This document shows positions 12,308 through 21,949 of a DNA stretch of 64,000 nt, one piece after another (the stretch's first letter is position 1; every line of letters starts with the position of its first letter). Below the pieces are notes generated by a model. The model made no database searches. It saw nothing but the letters and a program-made list of their open reading frames with translations, and was not told the origin of the DNA. A program made the translations under genes and the position numbers. The DNA is from Cyanophora paradoxa CCMP329. Taxonomy: Eukaryota; Plantae; Glaucophyta. The DNA is taken from the NCBI GenBank assembly GCA_004431415.1, contig QPMI01000218.1, positions 1-64,000 of the forward strand, read 5' to 3'.

Positions 12308-12869
12308 GCGGCGCCGGGCCCCGCCGCCCGCGGCCCGCCCCGGGGCCCCGCGCCCCCGCCCCGCCCCGCCCCCTTCCCGGCCCCGGCCCATGCGCCCTCC
12401 CCTCCGCAGCCGCGTGTTTAGGAACGCCCCCGTCCCCGTCCCACTTCGATCTGCGTGCCGGCCGCCGCGGGCCCGCCCTCCCCCCCCGCGGTGCCGCAGC
12501 TCGCTCCGTAGGCGCTCTTCCGGGTAGGCAGTAGGCGATCCTGGGTTCAGGTCCCATTGTTGTTGTTGTCTATTACAGTATCAAAAACTAAAATGTGTAT
12601 ACGCCCCATCGTTCGCAGCAGCCTGCCTTGCGGCGCTCGTTTCGAACTGAAGTTGGGAATTCGAGTGATCTGATCACGAGGTGCAACGCCTGGACAGCCC
12701 GACGCATGCATATGGCCAGCTGCAAGCCTCGGGCCCCGAGTCGGCGAGACCCGAGTATCTGCGTGGAGTCCCGGGTCCCCGCGCGGCTGCCGCAGTCCGG
12801 GGGCTACAGGCCACGGAGCCCGGCCACGCAAACCAGCAGTCGCGCGCGCGATCCCTCCATTCGGCTTCA

Positions 12870-13926
12870 ATGAAATGTTCCGCTTGAGCTCGAGAATTCG
12901 GACGTAGCCTAGTAGCGTCTCGAGGCGCGCTGGCCGCTCTGCCGCGGCCGGCCAGAGCTGCGATCCGCGAGCAGAGTGAGCGACGGGCAGAGTGGCGTTG
13001 CGAGGGGGCGGCGCGGGCGGTGCACCTGTGAGCCGAGCGAGTTGGCTGTTTCTTGTGCTGCCTCTCTTGGACCCGTCGGTGTTCGAGGTCCTTCCACTTG
13101 AGCCAGCGGCTCTTGCTCCGGCGGCCGCGTTCGGGGTCGCGGGTGGTGGTCGCCTCGACTTCGAACTGCCGCAGTGCGCGCGAGGGACGGGGTCGTAAGC
13201 CCTCAGCCCTCACTGTTAGCCCTCGCGCCCCAGCCCCCAGTGAAAGCTGCTCTGCGCACCGCATCCGCCAACGGTGTGGGTCGGGTGCGGAAGAGGCCCG
13301 TCGAAACAAGATCGAGAAGGCTACAACGGTTGCTGAGCGGGGACTGAACACGAAAGACGAGCACGCGCGGTCGCCGTCGCTCGCCGGCCGAGTCCTCGGC
13401 CGCGGGGCCGGGGACGACAAGAGTAAATCGTCCCACAGGGAGCTCGAGGCTCTTAGGGCGTGTGCTGCGCGTCCGGATTCGAAGATGGCGCCGTCGAGAA
13501 CCGTGTGCATGATCATGAGATGACGGTGGAGATCTAGAAGCCCATGCATGTGGCGACGGAGCTCGAGGAGCTCATCGAACTTGCGGGCTGCGCGTGCGCC
13601 GGGCTCCTCTGGTCGCACGAGTACTTCGTCGGGCTGCTCCTCAAAAAAGGCGGCGTACTCCTGTGCACACGCATCCTCAACCCTGCGCCCGGGCATCAGC
13701 GTTAACATCTAAAGCGCTGATCTAGAGATAGGGCGCTTCGAAGAACGCGGACCGGGGAGGCATCTTGTTTTTCCTGTTTGAAGGGCTTGGAAATTGTGGT
13801 CGCTGGCTCCGGCGCGATGGCCCACCAGGATTGGAGCTTGTCAGGTGACCGCCTCATGATCAATTGACCGCCGGCTGCCGAGCGACCGCCAGCCGTGAAC
13901 ATGAAGTCACAACAGGCTTTAAGCAT
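12870..13926 (-). CDS. Hypothetical protein (exon structure and ends uncertain)
   Basis: Open frame 13708-12674 with protein-like stretches (AARKFDELLELRRHMHGLLDLHRHLMIMHTVLDGAIF; WLKWKDLEHRRVQERQ). It is divergent from mraY. No recognisable motif. Confidence 0.3.
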
Positions 13927-14240
13927 TGGGTGTCAGCGTGTCACGCATACAGTGGACTCGCCAGGCAAGCAACTCGGCGAGTGTGCGCAGCGAGATGGCT
14001 GGAGCTGGCGCTGAGCGGCAGGTTACGCGCTTTGCTGGAGTGAGGCCGATTCCTGGAGCCATCTCTTAGTGGACGCGAGGTGCGCGTTCTCGGCGGTCGA
14101 TGCCGCGGCAGTTTTTTCACCGGGCGGGTACAGATTCCTACTTCGAGCAGCGGAGCTGAACGCACGCGGCGTCCCAGAGCGATCAGGGGGGCTTGCGTCG
14201 AGCTAGTTGAGGACCCGGATCAGCTGAAAGCGTTCCCGCC

Positions 14241-16236
14241 ATGGCAGCGCTCTTCGTCGCCGGCGCGGCGGCGCAACCAGCACCGAGGACAGCGACGGCG
14301 GGCCCCGCGCATGTCCACCTCGCACATGAGCATCCGCACGCCATTCGCAGCGCGAGGCGGGCTCTCGTCGCCGGACTCCCCTTGCGATCAGTGGTCGGCC
14401 GGCGCTTCTGCTGCGAGCCTCGGCGCGGGTGGGCGGTGCGTTCTGCCTCCAACCCCGCCTTGAATGCTCTATTCAGTCGCGCGAGCAGGCCGGTGGCGTC
14501 GGGCGGGCCTTCGCTTCCGCCGAGCCCTCCGCCGGGTGCGCCCTGCCCGCCGGGCTCCGCCGCCCCTGCGCCGCCACCGATCGCGCTGCAGCGGTGAAGG
14601 CGCGCCGGAGAAGAAGCCGGCGGGGCCGAGCGGTGTGGCCCTGCAGGCGGCGCTCACGGCGGGCCTGCTCGCCTGCAGCGCCTGCCTCGACGGGCGCCTT
14701 GCGGCGCTCGGGGCGGGGGCGGCTCTGCCGGGGCCCCTCGCGGCGCACCCGCTGACGGCGGCGCTGGGGGCGAGCCTCGCGGGGACAGCGGCGCTCGGCT
14801 ACGCGGCCGTGCCCTTCCTCCGCCGCCTCAAGGCCGGCCAGTACATCCGCGAGGACGGGCCCCAGGCGCCCCGTACCCCCCTCGCAGCGGCCCCTCCGCC
14901 CCCTGATCCGGGGCGGGGCGTAGACGCACCTCAAGAAGGGCGGCACGCCGACGATGGGCGGTCTCTTCATGCTCCCGCGCCCCTCCTCGTCGCCGCCGCC
15001 GCCTCGGGCGGCCAGCCGCACGTGGTGCCGCCCCCGCGCGGGGCCCCCGCCGTGCGGCCGGGCCGGCGACGGGGCGGCAGGTGGCGGCGTGCCTGGCGAC
15101 GCTGGCCTTCGGCGCCGTCGGCTTCGCAGACGACTTCCTCATCCTCCTGGCCCGCCCCGCCCCGCCTCGCCCCGCCCCGCCCGGCGGGCTGAGGGTGCGG
15201 GCGGGGCAGCGGCGGACGAACTCGGGATCTCGCCGCGGGTGAAGCTCGGGGCGCAGATCGCCTTCGGCGCCCTCTACGCCGCCTGGTCCCGCCCCGCCCC
15301 GCCCGCCCCGCCCCGCCCCCGCCGATCCCGGGGCAGGCTGGCGACGTCGGGGGCGTGGCTGGCGGAGGCGGCCGGCGGCGCGGCGGCGCTCGGGCTGCCG
15401 CTGGGCCTGCGGGTGCCCCTGGGACCTCTGTACCCCGCCTTCGCCGTCTTCACCCTCGCCGCCATGTCCAACGGCGTCAACCTCACCGACGGCGTCGACG
15501 GTGCCCGCCCCGCCCCGCCCGCCCCGCCCGCCCCGCCCGGCGCGCCGCACCCCGCCCGCCTCACCCCGGAGGCAGGCCTCGCCTCGGGGACGGTGGCGGT
15601 GGCGTGCGTGGGGCTGGCGGCGGTGCTGGCGGCGGCGGGGGCGGGCCCGCTGTCGGGGGCCGCCGGGGCGGGGGCGGCGCTGGGGGCCTGGCGCTCTTCG
15701 CGGGGGCGGTGGCCGGCGGCTGCCTCGGCTTCCTCCACCACAACCGCCACCCGGCCCGCGTCTTCATGGGGGACACGGGGAGCCTGGCCCTCGGGGCCGC
15801 CCTCGCCGCCCCCGCGCTGGCGGCCCCCGCCTTCGGCCCCGCCTGCCTCCTCGCCGCCTCGGCCGTCTTCCTCGCCGAGACCCTCTCCGTCGTCGCCCAG
15901 GCCCGCCCCGCCCACGCCCCGCCCGCCCCGCGCCCCAACCGGGCCGCCCCCCGCAGGTGGCGTTCTTCAAGTGGACGCGGCGGCGCTACGGGGAGGGGCG
16001 GCGGCTGCTGCGCATGGCGCCCCTCCACCACCACCTCGAGCTCGGCGGCTGGCCCGAGACCAAAGTCGTCGCCGCCTGGTCCGCCCCCACCCGCCCCGGG
16101 GGCGGGGGGTAGGGGCGAGGGGGCGGGGGGCGGCAGGTACCTCGCGGGGGCGGGCGCCGCCCTCCTCGCCCTCGCCCTCCTCCCCTCCCTCCCCGTCGCC
16201 CCCGCCGCCGCCGCCGCCGCCCTCGCCGCCCTCTGA
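14241..16236 (+). CDS. mraY: Phospho-N-acetylmuramoyl-pentapeptide transferase (plastid peptidoglycan synthesis), with transit peptide
   Basis: [16 protein letters not shown]|[65 protein letters not shown]|VAFFK and [24 protein letters not shown]-terminus is MAALFVAG. Confidence 0.95.
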
Positions 16237-17583
16237 GCGGCGGGGCGCGCCCCGTCCGAGCCTCGGATCACCCCGGGGCCTCGTCCCCCCCTCCACCCCC
16301 ACTCTCCTCTTTCCCCCCCCCTCCCCCCCTCCCCCTCCCAAATCACAGATTCGAATCATGTGAGGCTTCAGTGCACCGTCAACTTGCACTTCGCGATTCC
16401 GGATCGTCGGACTTCCTATGTTCGCGGTGCCCATCAGACGACGTCTAGATTCTGCAAGTTCCCTATTTCACGGTGCCCGATTGCGGTCAAGGGGAGGTGG
16501 CCATCATTGGAAGTTCCCGAGAGGCACATGCACGCAAACGAGACTTCTTTCATCATCGACGGACAGCGACGGACAGCCCTTCGCGATGCGGGAAGCAGGC
16601 GGGCGGGGAGGGAGGGGGCTCGAGGAGGGGCCGGCGAGGACGCATAGGAGGGCAGGCAGGCGCGCCGGGGTAGGCCAGAAGATCGAAAGAGCACCTGCGG
16701 CAGGGGCGTCGGGCGCGGCGCGGCGATTGAGCTTTTGAGCCCGCGGGAAGCGAGGAAGGCTCATACAGAATTCACCATTAATATAAAGCAATAAGTTTCA
16801 CGGTTGATCAAGTGCAGATTATAATCACCGCCCCCCCGGACGCGGCAAGGCGATCACGCACCAAAACAGCCGTCGCCGTCCATAGGATGCGCACACAAAG
16901 TACGTGCGGGAGACCTGCGCTGTGAGGGGATGGAGGCGGAAGGCGGACGGCAGGGGCCAGTGCGGCGGCTCAGGCTCGGTTGATATCAAAACGAGCGCGA
17001 GGCTCGAATCACGTCATCCGATGAAACCATCGGTGCCAGCTTAGAGCAAAAAAGAGCGCTAGAAAGCGGACGCGATCGGGCTTGCCCGCGAAGACCTGCG
17101 GCGAGCCGAGGCGATCAGGTACCGACAACGCGAACAGGACGGCGGTGGAGGCGGCGAGGAGAGAGCTCTCAGCCAACGAGTTTTATTTTTGACTCCAGTG
17201 ACAGTGCAAGCACCGTCGTCACTAGACGAAATTCGCATCCTTGAAGCCCGCGCGACTGGAAGGGGACCGGAGCCCGCAAGACGCACCTCAGGAGCGTCCG
17301 CGACACGGCAAAGGACTGGCCTTGGTGTGTCACGTCGCCGTCCGGCACTCGCGAGGGCTGCTGGCGATCGCAAGCCCGGAACGACCAGCCAGCGCTAGCC
17401 GCGAGCCGGAATCATCGCGGCCGATCGCGCGAGGTCGCAGCGAGCTGCAAGGGCCGTGCTCGCAAGACAGAGCGGCTGAGAAGTTTGTGAGAATGATCTA
17501 CCCCTGGATCCCGCCTAGGGGTACGCCATCGCCGCCATCAACCGAGCGCCAGAGCGCTAGCTAGCGAGCTGCTCGAGCTCTCG

Positions 17584-18738
17584 ATGAGCGACCCAGAGGA
17601 CGAGGAAGAGTGGCAGCGTCCCTGGAAGGTGCTGGAGGTGTCGGAAACTGGCTCGTCGCTGCAGCTGTACGCGCAGTTCCAGTACGGCGCGGACAAATCG
17701 TACGCGCTCCTCGTCACGGACCTGGAGTCATGCTATCGCGAGGACTGCTCTTTGAGTTGCATAGAGGAGCGCACGCGAACGCTTTTCGCTGAGCGCGGCC
17801 TGCGCATCACGGCGGACCAGGTTCACGGCGCGGGGCGCCCTCCAGCCTCGGGCCCGCCTGAGCGGCGCTGCGGCGCTGGGCATGCGGCAGGTCGGCCCGT
17901 TCCTTTCGAGCTTCTTCGCGGGCGACGGGAAAGTCTCGTGGACGGCCGAGCGGCCGGCGACGGTGCGGCGCCGGCCCCGCGCGCCTCCACTCCTCTCCGC
18001 GCCGAAGCGCGCAGCGCGGCTCCTCGACTGACGCCGCCGCGCGCAGGGCGGCCTGCACCTGCGGGTCCGCCCCGCCCTCCTCTCTTGGCGCCGCGCGGCG
18101 CCGACGGGGCCGGCAGGCGGCGTCGCGGCTGGAGCTCTTCACGGTCGAGTGGCGCTTCGAGTGCGCGGCGCTGGCCCCGCCGGCCGCCGCCCGCCTCCTC
18201 GCGGGCGCCTTCCTCCGGCCCCTCCTCGCCCTCGCCCCGCTCGCCCCGCCCGCCGCCCTCGCATCCGAGGCCCGCGCCCCGCCCGCCTCCGCCCCGCCGC
18301 CCCGCCCGCCGCCCCGCCCGGCCCGACGCGCCGCGCCGCAGGGGTTCGGGGGGCGTGCGCGGCGGGGGCCCTCCCGGCGCTCGACGGGGCGGCGCCCCTC
18401 GCCGCCGCCTTCGCGCGCTACTTCGCCGCCCGCCGCGAGGCCCGCGCCGCCGCCCGCGCCGCCGCCCGCGCCGCGGCGGAGGCGGGGCGCAGGCGGAGGC
18501 GGGGAGCCAGCGGGGCGCGTCCGTGCCGGCCCCCGCGCACCAGAGCCGACGGGCCGCACGGAGCAGCCGCAGCGCAGCCGGCGGCGGCGGCGGCGGCGGC
18601 GGTGCGAGCAGGGCCGTCGCAGGGCCCGGGGGAGGGGACGGGGAGGAGGGGGAGGAGGGGCGGCGGCGGCGGGAGCTGGAGGAGCGGCTGGCGCGGGAGC
18701 GCGAGAAGAAGGAGAAGAAGAAGCGGCGCGTCCTCTGA
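17584..18738 (+). CDS. XLF/Cernunnos (NHEJ1)-like non-homologous end-joining factor
   Basis: PWKVL..YALLVTDLESCYRE...IEERTRTL and VEWRFECAALAP resemble the XLF head (human PWAWL..YALLVSDLQQVWHE..VSQRAKEL..YWNFHCMLASP). The basic C-terminus KKEKKKRRVL resembles a Ku-binding tail. Confidence 0.65.
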   Translation: MSDPEDEEEWQRPWKVLEVSETGSSLQLYAQFQYGADKSYALLVTDLESCYREDCSLSCIEERTRTLFAERGLRITADQVHGAGRPPASGPPERRCGAGHAAGRPVPFELLRGRRESLVDGRAAGDGAAPAPRASTPLRAEARSAAPRLTPPRAGRPAPAGPPRPPLLAPRGADGAGRRRRGWSSSRSSGASSARRWPRRPPPASSRAPSSGPSSPSPRSPRPPPSHPRPAPRPPPPRRPARRPARPDAPRRRGSGGVRGGGPPGARRGGAPRRRLRALLRRPPRGPRRRPRRRPRRGGGGAQAEAGSQRGASVPAPAHQSRRAARSSRSAAGGGGGGGGASRAVAGPGGGDGEEGEEGRRRRELEERLAREREKKEKKKRRVL

Positions 18739-18863
18739 CGCCCCGCCCCGGCCCCAGGCCCCCGCGAGAGCGCCTCTCGCGTGCGATTGTGCGGCGTCTG
18801 GCGCTCCACTGCGAGACACGCGCGGCGGGAGAGGGCCGAGGGGCGGGGCCGGGCGGGGCCGGC

Positions 18864-20199
18864 TCAGAGCCAAGCGGGGCTCGCCGCGGGGGGACGGCCG
18901 GGCGGGCGCGGGCCGTGCCAGCGCGGGCCGACCGGCGGGGCAGCGCGGCCTGCGGGGCCGCGTCGGAGGGGCCGGGCGGGCGCGAGAGGCGGGCGGGCGG
19001 GCCTGAGCGTAGGCGCCGACGGCGTGGAGCCAGGTCGCCAGCGCGGCCGCCGCCCGCGAGCTCTGCGCGGGGCTCAGCGGAGGGGCAAGCCGCGGTCGGG
19101 GTACGGGCGCACGCGGGCGACGGACTCGGGTTGCAGGAAGGGGCTCTCCAGCTGCTTCCTGCGGGGGAGGAGGGGGTGCGGGCTCGCTCCAGGCTCGGGG
19201 TCGGGGGCTGCGGGGCGCACCGCAGGCGGCGCGCGAGGGCGGGCGTGAGGCTGCCGGCGTCGAAGTTGGCGACCACCTGGGGGCGCGGGTCGCCTCGGCG
19301 GCCGGGCGGGCGGGGCGCGGCGCCGGCCGCGCACGGCCGCGAAGGTCGGGGAGGCGAGGAGGCGGCGCGCGGCGGCCCAGTCGGGGGCCCCGAGCCCCAG
19401 CAGCAGCCCGCACGCGGCCTCCGTGACCTGGGGGGGAGTGAGACGGCCCGGGGTACATGGCCCGGGAGTGGGTACGGGCTCACCGCCTTCACGGCGAGCG
19501 GGGGCTCCTTGAAGGACTGCAGCGGGGCGAAGTGCTGCGTGAGGGGGCGGGGGCTGCGGTGGGAGGGCCCCGGGGTGCGCGCCCGCAGCTCGGCGAGGGC
19601 GGCCTTGTCGAGGGCGCGGAGGGCGCGGGCGGCCCGGCGCAGCTCCGCCCCGGCCTCCGCCAGCCCCGCCCCGGGCCCCGCCGCCTCCGCCCGCGCCGCC
19701 CGCGCCGCGTCCGCCGACTTGGGCCGCCGCCGCAGCGTGCCGCCGGCGGCCGCCGGGCGCTCGAGGGGCTCGCCCGACGTCGACCCGGCGGCCCCGCCGC
19801 CGGCGCTCGTCGGCCGCGCGGCCGCCGCAGCGCCTCCGGGCATCCTCGGGTCCTGCGGAAGCTCGCATCTCAGTCCGAGGGCCGGCGCGCGGCCCGCGCT
19901 GCTGCTTGCGGGCGTAACGGACGCACCGGCACCGGCACCGGCACCGGCGCGGCGGCTGTGGCGCCCAGCGGGGCGGTCGTCACCTCTCTCGCCCGGCCTC
20001 GGTAGACCTCTCGAAGCTGGTCGAAGGCCGACTGGAGCTGGGCGGGCCCGGCCGCGGCCGGCGCGCCGGCGCCGGCGGGTGGGCCGAGGAAGGCGGAGGT
20101 GCGCATGCGGTCGACGAGGAGCTCGAGCCTCAGCACGCGGCCCTCCAGCGACTCCAGCGCCGCCCGCCAGCCCTCCGCCTCGCTCACCGGCGACGCCAT
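18864..20199 (-). CDS. Small protein with an isolated dynein heavy-chain stalk microtubule-binding domain (3' end approximate)
   Basis: Spliced sequence ALRALDKAALAELR|SFKEPPLAVKAVTEAACGLLLGLGAPDWAAARRLLASPTF|VVANFDAGSLTPALARRLR|KQLESPFLQPESVARSSRAAAALATWLHAVGAY matches the axonemal dynein MTBD pattern. ATG at 20199 is followed by a short coiled coil. Confidence 0.72.
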
Positions 20200-20402
20200 C
20201 CGCGGCCCCTCGCCGCCGGCGTTCGCGACGCCGGCGGGGCTCGCACCGTCCGAAGCCGTTGTAACGCGTTCGTGGGCCTCGTGCGAGGGCTCGGCGGCTC
20301 TTCCTTCGCCAGCCGTTGGCGCGAACTTGCGACTGGCCTCGCCCCGTACCCCCCGCCGGCAAGTTCATTGAGCTCGCCAGCAGTCGGCCGGCCGCAGCAA
20401 GC

Positions 20403-21579
20403 ATGCAGGCCTTCGCAGTCGTACCTCCGGCGCTCGCCGGCGTGTCCCGTGCGCCACCGGGCGCCCGCACGTGCGCGCCGACGGCATTCATTGGCCGCCG
20501 GCTCCGGCCCGCGGAACGCCGCGCCGCGGCCGCCGCCATCCGCTTCGAATCCTCGCCGCGTGCCGAGGCCGCGGCCCCGGCCGAGAGTGAGCGCCCCGCG
20601 CAACGCGTGGCGCCAGCAGCGGCCTGACGGCGGGCGGCAGCGGAGGCGCAGAAGCGCGAGCTGCTGCGGCTCATCGAGGCGGACCCGCACGGGAACCGCT
20701 CCGCCATCCTCCAGGCGCGCCGGCCCCGCCCGCCGGCGCCGCGCCGGGCGAGCGCGAGCGAGCGGGGCCGCGGCCGCGGGGCGCAGGCGGCGCGGCGGCT
20801 GGAGCGGGCGAACCCGACGGCGCGGCCGGCGGAGACGGCGGTCGAGCTCTTCGACGGCAACTGGGAGCTCGAGTGGACGAGCGGCGAGCGCACCTCCTCC
20901 GCCCGCCAGAAGCGCTCCATCAAGTCCGCCCCGCCCGCCCGCCCCGCCCCGCCCCGCCCCGCGGCCCGCCCCGTCGAGCGGGGTCGGCGCGCAGCGACCT
21001 CTCGAAGAAGGGCGGCGTCCTGCAGCCGATCTCCGGCGCCGCCGGCGGCCCCCGCGCCCTCCAGGCCCGCCACCGGCCCCCGCCCCCCCCCCACCCCCTC
21101 TAACCCCGTACCCCAGAACGTGGTGGAGGCGTTCGGCGTGCGGCTCGTGCTCGAGGGCCCGTGGGAGGTCGTCGGCCCCGAGACCATCCGCGTCCGCCCG
21201 TACCCCCCGAAACCGCCTTGTCCCCCCCTCGACCGTTCGCGGGGTACGCAGTTCACGTTCGAGTCGGCGTCCGTGAAGGCCTGGTTCCTCCCCGCCGTCC
21301 GCTTCCCCCTCAAGGACGTCGGCTTCGGTGCGTCCGTACCCCCCTTCCTCCACCCCCACCCCCTCTCGACTTTCCCCCGCCCACGGGTGACTCCGCAGGG
21401 AACGTGCGGCACGTGTACATCGATTCGGACATGCGCCTCGGGTGGGGCGACGGCGGCGGCCTCGCCGTGCGCCCCGTACCCCGCCCGCTCTCTTCCTTCC
21501 CCCCCCCCCCCCCCCCCCCCCCCCGTCGGAGTGCTCAGGCGGGGCAGGTGTACACGAAGCGGGCGGCGGAGGGGCGTGA
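20403..21579 (+). CDS. Plastid lipid-associated protein/fibrillin family
   Basis: Transit peptide MQAFAVVP, then KRELLRLI, LERANPT, LFDGNWELEWTS and HVYIDSDMRLGWGDGG. The stop position is approximate because of a G-run. Confidence 0.8.
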
Positions 21580-21949
21580 GGCGCGCCGGGCGGGGGGGGG
21601 GGGCGCGCCGCCGGGCCGCAGCGCCTCGGCGGGGCCGGGCCCACGGCGGGCCGGGCCCACGGCGGGGCCGGTCCGGGGCCGGACCCGGAGGGCCGACGAT
21701 CGTGCGGGGGCCTCCGCCGCGCCCCGCCCCGCGCTCCGATGCCCGGAAGCCACGTTGGGCCCGAGGGCGATTTGGCGTCGGGCGAAGACCCCGTGCCGTG
21801 CCAGCTGCAGGCTGGCCCGGGACTCTCGGAACCGGGCCGGCCGGCCGGGACCCTCACCTCCTCCCCCCACCCCACCCCACCTCCCCCCCCCCCCCCCCCT
21901 CCGGTCCCCCGCCCGCATTCTAGTGCACGTGGCGAGTTCAAATGTGCAT

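Noticed and set aside
14241-16236. Bacterial contamination as the source of mraY and ileS
   Set aside because: Both have spliceosomal introns and targeting extensions and lie among eukaryotic genes.
16360-17560. Possible gene between mraY and the XLF-like gene
   Set aside because: Only short ORFs without motifs or a consistent splice pattern.
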